A stretch of DNA of 63,479 nt, the filler included, from Octopus bimaculoides (taxonomy: Eukaryota): NCBI RefSeq assembly GCF_001194135.2. It is 8 parts of 6 records of this genome, joined end to end, with 100 filler letters (N's around TTAATTAATTAA, not from the genome) between each part and the next. Parts side by side here need not be neighbours in the genome. Positions count along the whole stretch, not along the records: positions 34,720 to 38,487 come from NC_068990.1; positions 38,588 to 44,674 come from NC_068981.1; positions 44,775 to 54,561 come from NC_068984.1; 5 more parts are not named here. One strand, written 5' to 3'. The notes beneath the pieces were generated by a model. It was not told the origin of the DNA, did no database searches, and saw nothing but the letters and a program-made list of their open reading frames with translations. Below, piece after piece: positions 36,675 to 48,239 of the stretch. Within the stretch, counting starts at the first letter, position 1; every line of letters starts with the position of its first letter. A program made the translations under genes and the position numbers.

Positions 36675-38587
36675 TTGCATATACATATGCATATATATAT
36701 ATATGCGCATTTATCATATATATATATATNNNNNNNNNNNNNNNNNNNNNNNNNNNNNNNNNNNNNNNNNNNNNNNNNNNNNNNNNNNNNNNNNNNNNNN
36801 NNNNNNNNNNNNNNNNNNNNNNNNNNNNNNNNNNNNNNNNNNNNNNNNNNNNNNNNNNNNNNNNNNNNNNNNNNNNNNNNNNNNNNNNNNNNNNNNNNNN
36901 NNNNNNNNNNNNNNNNNNNNNNNNNNNNNNNNNNNNNNNNNNNNNNNNNNNNNNNNNNNNNNNNNNNNNNNNNNNNNNNNNNNNNNNNNNNNNNNNNNNN
37001 NNNNNNNNNNNNNNNNNNNNNNNNNNNNNNNNNNNNNNNNNNNNNNNNNNNNNNNNNNNNNNNNNNNNNNNNNNNNNNNNNNNNNNNNNNNNNNNNNNNN
37101 NNNNNNNNNNNNNNNNNNNNNNNNNNNNNNNNNNNNNNNNNNNNNNNNNNNNNNNNNNNNNNNNNNNNNNNNNNNNNNNNNNNNNNNNNNNNNNNNNNNN
37201 NNNNNNNNNNNNNNNNNNNNNNNNNNNNNNNNNNNNNNNNNNNNNNNNNNNNNNNNNNNNNNNNNNNNNNNNNNNNNNNNNNNNNNNNNNNNNNNNNNNN
37301 NNNNNNNNNNNNNNNNNNNNNNNNNNNNNNNNNNNNNNNNNNNNNNNNNNNNNNNNNNNNNNNNNNNNNNNNNNNNNNNNNNNNNNNNNNNNNNNNNNNN
37401 NNNNNNNNNNNNNNNNNNNNNNNNNNNNNNNNNNNNNNNNNNNNNNNNNNNNNNNNNNNNNNNNNNNNNNNNNNNNNNNNNNNNNNNNNNNNNNNNNNNN
37501 NNNNNNNNNNNNNNNNNNNNNNNNNNNNNNNNNNNNNNNNNNNNNNNNNNNNNNNNNNNNNNNNNNNNNNNNNNNNNNNNNNNNNNNNNNNNNNNNNNNN
37601 NNNNNNNNNNNNNNNNNNNGTATATATATATATATATATAATACATATATATATAATATATATGAGTATAAATGAAAAGCATGTGTACGTGCGACAGTTG
37701 ATAAGACGTATTACAAACATGAAAAACACAGCGCATACATAAACACTTGTTTATATACGATTTGCGCCTTTTCCTGTCATTCCATACTCTATCTCTCTCA
37801 CTTTATATACATATATGTGTGTTTATGTGTTTATGTATGTATATATATATGTATAAGGATATTTAGCGCATGCGCGTGTGTGCGTGTTTGAATCAATATA
37901 TACATATATATGTATAGAAGTACATATACGAAANNNNNNNNNNNNNNNNNNNNNNNNNNNNNNNNNNNNNNNNNNNNNNNNNNNNNNNNNNNNNNNNNNN
38001 NNNNNNNNNNNNNNNNNNNNNNNNNNNNNNNNNATGTATGTATGTATGTATGTATGTATGTATTTATGTATGTATGTATAACTGAAAATATTTGGAGTCA
38101 ACAAGAAGGAGTACGGTTGGACATTTATTTCATTACAATTGTTTCTACGCAACATAGTTCTCGAGGCGTGCGGGTACTTGATTATGCAACCGTTTCCCTG
38201 TGCATTATGAGATGTAGTTCTGTTTCCTCAGGCGATACGTAAATATTGTCTCCGTAAGTTTGAAAATCCCAGCTTCAAGAACATTCCCTCTGTAGTGGCC
38301 TGACTTTAGTAGTAGTCACTGAGCTTTTCAGGGTGTGTTGTTGTTGAAGGACCTTTGGCAAATTATCTATTCAAACACGAACGCAAATCTAGAAGTACAT
38401 ATAATACTACTACTGGATAGCACAAAGTGAAATCTGAAGGTAGACGAGCTTTATTCTGTACACTACTACGTGCTTAACAGGATACACNNNNNNNNNNNNN
38501 NNNNNNNNNNNNNNNNNNNNNNNNNNNNNNNTTAATTAATTAANNNNNNNNNNNNNNNNNNNNNNNNNNNNNNNNNNNNNNNNNNNN

Positions 38588-38890
38588 GTGAGTGTTTACT
38601 GAGCGAAAACACCGAAAGCTCCACGCGGCTCCGGCAGGGGATAGTGGTGAACCCTGCTGTACTCTTTCACCACAACTTTCTCTCACTCTTTCTTCCTGTT
38701 TCTGTTGTACCTGTATTTCAAAAGGCCAGCCTTGTCACACTGTGTCACGCTCAATCTCCCCGAGAACTACGTTAAGGGTACACGTGTCTGTGGAGTGCTC
38801 AGCCACTTGCACGCTAATTTCACGAGCAGGTTGTTCCGTTGATCGGATCAACTGGAACCCTCATCGTCGTAACCGACGAAGTGCCAACAG
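38588..38890 (+). mobile_element. SINE family A (5' end lost in gap)
   Basis: Matches 11072-11453. Confidence 0.9.
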
Positions 38891-39341
38891 CTAACCCACC
38901 CTCTCTCATTTCATTCCCTCTCTCTTCAATTCTTTTTTGTCTCCCTCCCTCCCTTTTTTTCTTCCCATTCTCTCTTCCTGTTTTTGATTTGACCTATCTC
39001 CTCTTTCCAATCATACACATCTATCCTCCCTCTATCAATCCATTAACACTAACAACACATTTTAATTCACACCAAAAAAACCTCTCGATCGACCAACACT
39101 GCTTACAAGGCTCTATGCTTAGAATGACCAAATATAACCACTATTGGAACTCACACACCAGGTACAAGAAAATTTCTTCACCAAAAAATACTTTTCACCA
39201 CTTATATACACCATTCTACTTGAATAATGGAACTGCAAATACAATATCCTTATGTATCTCACTTCTATATTCATTCTCGTACTTCCCCCTGTATTTCATG
39301 TCTTCTCTACTATAATTAATACTCAAACATTTTCTCGCACC

Positions 39342-39389
39342 GTCTCTGATGAGGGGATATATAAAATATCCCGGAAACAGCTGTACGAC
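39342..39389 (+). ncRNA. Minimal type I hammerhead ribozyme motif
   Basis: GTCT-CTGATGA-G-[GGGATAT ataaa ATATCCC]-G-GAAAC-AGCT-GTA-CGAC. Confidence 0.7.
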
Positions 39390-39627
39390 CTTTTTTTTTT
39401 TTTAGATAAATGTTATGAAATCCATTTACTGCCTTGGTTTTTTTTTTTATCTCATTCTCGGATTATACCCACAAGGATTACTTTACACGGATACTTACTA
39501 CTGGAATGAAGCTACACTCCAAGTACTGTTCTCTCTTTCTTTCTTTTTTCAGCACATCACACTCACTATCACTTCATACTAAAACTCTCTGCCTATGGAT
39601 ATAATAATCGATTCCTTTACTATTTCT

Positions 39628-39676
39628 GTCTCCGATGAAGGGAAGTACTGGATCTTCCCAGAAACAGCTGTAAGAC
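39628..39676 (+). ncRNA. Minimal type I hammerhead motif, variant core CCGATGA
   Basis: GTCT-CCGATGA-A-[GGGAAG tactggat CTTCCC]-A-GAAAC-AGCT-GTA-AGAC; stem I GTCT/AGAC. Confidence 0.65.
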
Positions 39677-40382
39677 TCTATCCATAAATATATTTCCAAC
39701 CTTACCATTACTCTCTTTATCCTTTTATNNNNNNNNNNNNNNNNNNNNNNNNNNNNNNNNNNNNNNNNNNNNNNNNNNNNNNNNNNNNNNNNNNNNNNNN
39801 NNNNNNNNNNNNNNNNNNNNNNNNNNNNNNNNNNNNNNNNNNNNNNNNNNNNNNNNNNNNNNNNNNNNNNNNNNNNNNNNNNNNNNNNNNNNNNNNNNNN
39901 NNNNNNNNNNNNNNNNNNNNNNNNNNNNNNNNNNNNNNNNNNNNNNNNNNNNNNNNNNNNNNNNNNNNNNNNNNNNNNNNNNNNNNNNNNNNNNNNNNNN
40001 NNNNNNNNNNNNNNNNNNNNNNNNNNNNNNNNNNNNNNNNNNNNNNNNNNNNNNNNNNNNNNNNNNNNNNNNNNNNNNNNNNNNNNNNNNNNNNNNNNNN
40101 NNNNNNNNNNNNNNNNNNNNNNNNNNNNNNNNNNNNNNNNNNNNNNNNNNNNNNNNNNNNNNNNNNNNNNNNNNNNNNNNNNNNNNNNNNNNNNNNNNNN
40201 NNNNNNNNNNNNNNNNNNNNNNNNNNNNNNNNNNNNNNNNNNNNNNNNNNNNNNNNNNNNNNNNNNNNNNNNNNNNNNNNNNNNNNNNNNNNNNNNNNNN
40301 NNNNNNNNNNNNNNNNNNNNNNNNNNNNNNNNNNNNNNCTCTCTCTCTCTCCCTCTCTCTCTCTATATATATATACGTATAT

Positions 40383-40516
40383 TCGACGGACTTCTTTCAG
40401 TTTCCGTCCTCCAAACCCACTCACTAAGTTTTGGTCGGTTCGAGGTTAAAATAGAAGACATTTGCCTAAGGTGTCACGTTGTGGGACTGAACCCGGAGCC
40501 ATGCGGTTGGAAGCAT
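40383..40516 (-). mobile_element. SINE family C 5' part
   Basis: gggactgaacccggagccatg. Confidence 0.75.
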
Positions 40517-41014
40517 GGATAGAGTAATCTGGATAGAGTAACTACAGATTTCTCAATAGTTCAGCGTAGGTGTTCGCTTTCACATTAGTCTTCAGCTTTA
40601 TCTTACGTATGTATGTATGTATGTATGTAAAGATGTATGTATGTACATGTATATTTAACAAATTATTTTTTTTAAAGTCCTGATACAGTCACAATATCTG
40701 AAGAGAGATTTCTTTAACATAAAATTATTAATTATAAAAAAAGAGTAAAGCTTTACACAAACCATATGGAACATGCAAGCATACATACATACATACATAC
40801 ATACACACATATATATATATGTATATATACACATATACATTTATACGTGTATACATATATATATATATATATATATATATGGGAGAATATACAAATAATA
40901 ACAACAGACATATATATAATGTAAAGAGAGAGAGAATACATGCAGAAGCATAAAACACACAAAGACTTAATTATCAACACACGTACACATACAAACACAC
41001 ACACATGCACGCAT

Positions 41015-41050
<36 letters not shown>

Positions 41051-41084
41051 GTACACATACATACATACACCACTTACGCGTGTG

Positions 41085-41116
<32 letters not shown>

Positions 41117-41598
41117 GAGGCATACTGACTGCTGCCGGCTGCTACTGACTCATAAATATTTCTGATTCCATTTTTCATAGAAACTCTCGTATAATCTGCC
41201 GCTAAGATAAGCTCCATTGTTCGCAGTGGAATCTCAACAGACTTTCTCTAACATATTCCTAAATATACCACACATTTCCACAGAGACGACTTTATTAGAA
41301 GGTTTCATTTAATGACATTGGAAGCCTTTTATTTATCTAAACGTTCCTCCCTTCAACAAAAGACTTCTGCTTCCTTTCATAAGATAATCTTACATGAATG
41401 TATATAACTTTAACGACATTCCTATGAAGCTCTTCCACACAAACATACACGTACAGCCACAAGACGCAAGTTAATTGCGTATTCTAATGATCAATGATAT
41501 TAAATGGGCTGTTGTTATTAGTAAACTCATCCTTTTAGGACTCTTATCTTCATTGTTACACACGAAAGTTTGTTTTGTTTTGTTTTTGTTTTTTAATA

Positions 41599-41900
41599 CG
41601 AACTCTGACCAAAAAGTACCGGGACTGTTTGTTGCTATGGCAACTTAGCAAAAGTACGCAGAGTGAATCCGTTTGGCACAGATTGACCTTGAACTCCGTT
41701 GCGCGTTCACATTAAGATATAATGTTCTCGCTCGCAACCGTTGTTTACGGCAATGCTTCGAAGTTGTTATATCTCAACGCTACACAGTGGCTGTGTGAGC
41801 TGCGAATCCTCGTCGCCACTGTTATGTCTCAACGCTACTGCTATCTAGCACCTTCGGATGATCTCTGCTCAACCGCTACACAGCTGCTATTCGACTGCTA
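41599..41900 (+). mobile_element. Mariner-like 5' end remnant
   Basis: TA|cgaactctgaccaaaaagtaccgggact resembles a mariner TIR. Confidence 0.5.
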
Positions 41901-41989
41901 CTCAACACTCCTACCACGGCCAGACTACCTCTATTTATATGTCTTGGGAGATCCTACTTCTTCGCCTGGGGGCGTCGACACAACAGAAA

Positions 41990-42625
41990 TAAAGAGTGTA
42001 AAGTGTTGTCGTCTCAAGAAAATATCGGGTTTCAGCTGCACAGGCTCTTCTCGATTGTGTTGAGGAAGATGAAAACTTATAGAATACAGCCATANNNNNN
42101 NNNNNNNNNNNNNNNNNNNNNNNNNNNNNNNNNNNNNNNNNNNNNNNNNNNNNNNNNNNNNNNNNNNNNNNNNNNNNNNNNNNNNNNNNNNNNNNNNNNN
42201 NNNNNNNNNNNNNNNNNNNNNNNNNNNNNNNNNNNNNNNNNNNNNNNNNNNNNNNNNNNNNNNNNNNNNNNNNNNNNNNNNNNNNNNNNNNNNNNNNNNN
42301 NNNNNNNNNNNNNNNNNNNNNNNNNNNNNNNNNNNNNNNNNNNNNNNNNNNNNNNNNNNNNNNNNNNNNNNNNNNNNNNNNNNNNNNNNNNNNNNNNNNN
42401 NNNNNNNNNNNNNNNNNNNNNNNNNNNNNNNNCCAGCATAGCTGCAGCTTTCTTTCTGTGGGTCAATAAAGTCCTGCAAGTTTGTAAGCGTACTCAATCC
42501 ATGATCATAAGCCATGCACGTTATATTTGGTCACGATCTCTCTTCCGTGCAGTGTATATCCTTGACCGATCAGTGTTCAGGCTGGGTGGGTCATTAAGTT
42601 ATTCACAGCACCATGTTGTTTATAA
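41990..42625 (-). mobile_element. Possible Tc1 transposase remnant (gapped)
   Basis: YKQHGAVNNL and an FIFxQHN-like segment resemble Tc1 motifs; heavily degraded. Confidence 0.3.
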
Positions 42626-42643
42626 ATAGATAGTAAACCGTTG

Positions 42644-43260
42644 TATCACCCTAGATCGAATGGAAGGGCCGAACGGTTCGTGGACACTTTTAAGAGTAAA
42701 CCACGGTATCCCAACCTTTTTTGCCTCGGGGCACCCTTGCCAAGCCTTTCAAAAAGCCAATAAGGAAGCCACGAACGAGGTTGCGATCCAACAATCCTTA
42801 AGGGTATACAGGGTAACTCCGAACTTAAGTGCGCCAGAAGGAAGTTCACCAGCAGAATTAATATTTGCCAGAAAGGTGAAGTCAGTATTCGATAAACTGT
42901 TACCAGTGAAGAAAGAAATACGTGCTAGTAAAGACATGCCAAAATTCTTTAAAATCGGTGATAAGATATATGTAAGAATGTACAAAAATGGCAAGCAATA
43001 ATGGGAAGAAGGAGAAATTGTAATATACATAGGAAGAATGATGTATGGTGTAAGAAGCAGAAATGGGATGGAAAGGAGACATAGAAGTCAACTTAAGGAA
43101 AAAGTCATAGAAAAGGAGCCAACAAGAGTAGAAATACCGATGGATTGGCTATATGGCACTTTTCAGGTTCTAACACAGTTACAATAAGTCGAAACCACAC
43201 ATACATAGAAAAGGAAGAACATTGAATTCTTAAAAGTAGACCCTAAGAAGAAAAGATATT
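42644..43260 (+). mobile_element. Gypsy LTR retrotransposon integrase C-terminus (pseudogenised)
   Basis: YHPRSNGRAERFVDTFK...LRVYRVTPN...SPAELIFARKVKSVFDKLLP...W*EGEI; about 45-bp insertion and stops. Confidence 0.9.
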
Positions 43261-43335
43261 GAGAAAATTTTAAAAAAGAGGAGGTGGGATAAATAAAAGA
43301 AATTGATTGTTAAATAAAATCATTAAACGGGGAGA

Positions 43336-43639
43336 TGTATAGTGAAACTGTTTAACCCCTCTCGGTAAAAAGTGGTAGGAAACAGCCATCATAAATAGAC
43401 CAGTAACTAGTTGTCAAGAGAGGGTCGAGAGTCAAAGAGTTGAGAGTCGATAGTTCTAGTCGGTGTTTTGTGGAGCTATCAACGATAGTAAGACAGAGGA
43501 AGTTCATATATTACTATTCCGGTATAAAGAGATACAACGGTATCTGATCACTAGTAACTATTGTGGCTACTAGTGTAAAACGGAAACAACAGTATAACGG
43601 CAGTCACACATCACACCAGTGGGAGGAACCCACTTTACA
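43336..43639 (+). mobile_element. Candidate Gypsy 3' LTR
   Basis: Polypurine tract aaacggggaga followed by TG...CA; an alternative PPT|TG lies near 43285. Confidence 0.55.
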
Positions 43640-44630
43640 GCAGTATGTATATATGCATGAATGTATGTATGTATGTGTGTATGTATGTATGTATGTATGT
43701 ATGTATGTATGTATGTATGTATGTATGTATGTATGGTGTGATGCTAGTGAAGTTAGGCAAATAGTAACTGTCTTTCACATAGCTAACGTGAGAAGTTTTT
43801 TGTTGCATCATGTACATATAATAGATTATTGTCTTTAATTTTGTTCCATAGTTTGTCAACCGAATGACGAGCGAATAATATAAACTCTAGCATGTCTAAA
43901 AGATTATGTCTTGAATTTCGTTCTATAGTTCTCTAGTTTATATAATGTTTGTTTAAATGCGTTAAATGTGTAGAATGGAGGTGAATAACATAATGGTTTA
44001 TCTAACAAACTGAAGTTACTAAAACATATTTCAATAAAGAAAATGTTCAATAAAATACCAGGATATCGTCGTTCATTTTATTCTGATGAAGGTCAGTCAA
44101 TGAGAAACCTGTCATTGTTGTTTTTTTTTCTTTTCTCTGTTCTCTACTTCTTTGCGAAAGAGTCCTTGAATACGCAAGGCGTAAATCGTTTTAAATTTTC
44201 GATTTACTTCGATACTTTGTTTTCATTCGCCACTGACTTGCGAACATCTGATCGACAAAGATATGTCAGCACAAACTGAAACAGAGCAGATATTGTTCAA
44301 GCTGCTAATTTGTGTAAGTATCCTGTATAGATGGGCAAAATTCTCATATTGGACTTCTCATCGAATATGTCTCTTACTACCCCATCGTTTGTAGCGAGGC
44401 TCTTATTGAGTTTTGAACCATCACGATCATGTTCACCGGCTCAGGATCATTGACTATCGCCCTGCAGTTATGGAAAAATAATTTTGTCACCATAAGAAGC
44501 CCTTCTGCCTACAGAAACGCCACTTGACCTAGTAGATCAATTGTGAGTAACCAAGTCATCTGGAATCTTTCTGCAAAATAGTCTTACGTCGAACTTTGTA
44601 GAAACCCCATGAGGTGTTATAAAAAATTAT

Positions 44631-44674
<44 letters not shown>

Positions 44675-44839
44675 NNNNNNNNNNNNNNNNNNNNNNNNNN
44701 NNNNNNNNNNNNNNNNNNTTAATTAATTAANNNNNNNNNNNNNNNNNNNNNNNNNNNNNNNNNNNNNNNNNNNNGCAGAAAGTTTTAGAAGAATTAGAAG
44801 AAAGTTCTCCGGTAATTTTCTTACACTCCATCCCCGTTA

Positions 44840-44872
<33 letters not shown>

Positions 44873-44990
44873 TGTATGTGTGTATGTGTGTGTGTGTGCG
44901 TATGTGAGTCTATGTATGTTTCTCTGTTGCATTATGCTTGTATGTTTAAGTATGTGAATGTATGTCTTTGTCCTTAGGTACATAACACTG

Positions 44991-45359
44991 TGTGGAGGTG
45001 CAATAGCCCAGTGGTTATGGCAGCGGACTCATGGTCATAGGATCGCAGTTTGGATTCGCAGACCGGACGTTGTGAGTGTTTATTGAGCGAAAACACCTAA
45101 AACTCCACGAGGCTCCGGCAGGGGATGGTGGCGAACCCTACTGTACTCTTTCACCACAACTTTCTCTCACTCTTACTACCTGTTTCTGTTGTACCTGTAA
45201 TTCAAAGGGTCAGCCTTGTCACACTCTGTTAAGGGTACACGTGTCTGTGGAGTGCTCAGCCACTTGCACGTTAATTTCACGAGCAGGCTGTTCCGTTGAT
45301 CGGATCAACTGGAACCCTCGACGTTGTAAGCGACGGAGTGCCAACAACAACAACAACAC
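44991..45359 (+). mobile_element. SINE family A with TSD and internal deletion
   Basis: TSD cataacactgt(gtg) at 44981 and 45360; lacks about 30 bp (gtcacgctgaatatccccgagaactac region). Confidence 0.9.
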
Positions 45360-45497
45360 CATAACACTGTGTGTATGTACCTCAGCGTCCATAGGTATGC
45401 ATCACAGTGTGCGTGTGTTTGAATGTGTATGCGTGTGTGTATTCACTTATATTTATGTGAATGCATATGCATCACTGTGCATATCATTGCAAGCATG

Positions 45498-45531
<34 letters not shown>

Positions 45532-45545
45532 TGTATGTATTACTG

Positions 45546-45618
<73 letters not shown>

Positions 45619-47065
45619 ACATGTATGTGATTTTGAATTTCGTGGTAGGCGGGAAAACTGTGACTGAAAAGATGTATATCCACTCTCATCTAATTTATTT
45701 TCATTAACGAAAACTTTTAATTTCCACTAACTCCGCTACCATTACGTCCACTACAATTAAACCCCAGCCTCTCTGATGATATCACATCCTCACTGGAAAC
45801 ATTCTATAAACTATGATCAGTCGACCACCAGCTAAAAATAGCAGCCAAAAATCCCACGAGTTTGTCAATATAGAAATAGCAGCCAAAAATCCCTCGAATT
45901 GTCAACATAGAAAAACTCATTGAATAAATATAATCTTAGTACACTGTGTCTGGCGGAAAGAAATGGTGGCCATGGTTGGAATGCTATGGGTCATAGACCT
46001 CCTGCTCTGTGAAGGTCAACTATTTTTCACCTCTTTGTTACGTAAAAACAAAAGGTGGTGGGCAGCATCCGTGACCAGTTTGTTTTGTTTTGTTATTTAC
46101 ATTTTCCGAAGTTTTTTTTTTTCTTTTACTTACAAAACCTGAAGAAGGGGCAGTGCCCGTGACACTTGCACGCCCTTCGAGACCAACAAACTTGATGCCA
46201 TTAATGTTCCATTTAAACAGTTACAGACGAACAAGTGAGTAAAGGCATGAACAGAAATAAAAGACTCCAGAGGATGATGTTGGGATGAGGGAAGACTGGG
46301 TATAATGATAAGTGCAGAGAAAGGGGAGTTGAACGCTACAAGGGGCACGAGAGGTGGAGAGACGAATGGGTCTCAAACCCGAGACCTGATGTTAGCAATT
46401 GTAATAGACTGGCCTCTACTATAGCCTGTTACGAACGAGCGCAACGGATTTAGTCTGCCACCCAAAAAGGCAATGACGGAATTTGAACTCAGAATGCAAA
46501 GTTTCGGAACAAATACCCCGAGGTATTTCAACGCAGGCTCTAATAATTCCAAAAGAATAATTCCACAGCCTTCTGAACTGGAATTTTATGAAAGAACAGA
46601 AAGACGGAATAACTACTACAATACGTTTTGTCTTATGCTATAACGATTCTGTCAATTCACCGATATCAGCCTAAACACCATCGCCTGGCCGTCCTTAAAT
46701 ACTACACCTCTAACTTTCTCACTTTCTCAGTTACACGCACACATGCATACACAAATGCATACATACTCACACACGAATGCACACTCAAACATACACACAC
46801 ACACACACACGCACGCACACAAGTAAAGGATACGCACGGCCGTATCACACAGCCGTCGATATCCGACCAACGTAAAGTTTGACGATATGTCTCAGTAATT
46901 TGGTTAATGGTTGCTTTACATTAATCTCATAAATTACTGAGACAGACAGAAGTTCGATAGAGATATAGAGATGTTGTACTACTACATAATGCCCAATGCT
47001 ATTTCTCTTGTTTTTTTCACAATCTGAGGTGATGGATATGCGCAGGCGCATTTGTGCTTTTGTTT

Positions 47066-47096
<31 letters not shown>

Positions 47097-48239
47097 CGCA
47101 CATACGTATATATATATATNNNNNNNNNNNNNNNNNNNNNNNNNNNNNNNNNNNNNNNNNNNNNNNNNNNNNNNNNNNNNNNNNNNNNNNNNNNNNNNNN
47201 NNNNNNNNNNNNNNNNNNNNNNNNNNNNNNNNNNNNNNNNNNNNNNNNNNNNNNNNNNNNNNNNNNNNNNNNNNNNNNNNNNNNNNNNNNNNNNNNNNNN
47301 NNNNNNNNNNNNNNNNNNNNNNNNNNNNNNNNNNNNNNNNNNNNNNNNNNNNNNNNNNNNNNNNNNNNNNNNNNNNNNNNNNNNNNNNNNNNNNNNNNNN
47401 NNNNNNNNNNNNNNNNNNNNNNNNNNNNNNNAGATAGATAGAATTTAATATTTTAAAAACCAAACATCTAATTGAAATAGGGTTCCATTACATCTACAGA
47501 TTAATCTAACACCGAACTTATATACCCACCATCTTCACCGTCATCAACATCATCGTCGTCGTCGTTATCATCATCATCAGCAGCATCTTTTGTCGCTTCT
47601 ACTACCTCCTCCACCGGCAACATGAAAGCGCTCCTTCCCTCTTCTAACACTACGTCTACCAACATTCTTGTCCCGCTAAATTCAATACTGCAGGAGCCAT
47701 GACGTCAACCGCAACTCACAATCTACTCATCTCACGGAAACTGCCCAAATCAATAAACTTGAGTACTTTCATAACAGAACAATTGTTCCACGCCCCACTT
47801 ACACGAATAAAATAGAAACCCAAAACATTCCGCTATTCTTTACGCGATAGATTATGCTAACATGATTGCTTCTTCACCCGGCTCCAAAGAACCAAATGAA
47901 CAATTCAGAATTATATCACTAATGAATTGTAGCTTCCGCAAAAACAGCAAAGGGCCGATGAGGAAGACTGAGTCATCGAAAAATTAGACACAATCCCCAA
48001 AGTCTTATATTCATTAGCAGAAAGGCAAAGAGCCATTATTTCATTTATTGGCCAATTGATCGGCGAAAACATCATTCTCGACAATGATGCCAAAGAAACG
48101 GTAGAGATTCCATAGAAGTCATACAGGCTTGTTTTCAATGATTCTGATGCAGTTGGTTTGGCAGTAGACAAATCCTCAATATATCCTCCCGGACATAACT
48201 TTCGTCACTGCCTATATCAATGGTTGGGCAAGTTTTTTA

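Larger units (their letters stand above)
39030..39720 (+). mobile_element. Penelope-like 3' end with duplicated pLTR-like segments
   Basis: THFNSH...QENFF..LN resembles a PLE C-terminus; followed by two related segments each carrying a hammerhead motif. Confidence 0.5.

Noticed and set aside
36544-37742. Long ORFs (up to 395 aa), also those at 11.7, 39.7, 42, 47, 55.6 and 57 kb
   Set aside because: They consist almost entirely of X from N-runs plus TA/CA microsatellite translations.
38229-38235. 7-nt microexon GCGATAC between a good acceptor and GTAAAT
   Set aside because: Short AG...GT pairs arise often by chance; no independent support.
44078-44118. CTGATGA...GAAAC..GTC as another hammerhead
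   Set aside because: Stem II is only about 3 bp and stem I does not pair; at best a dead remnant.
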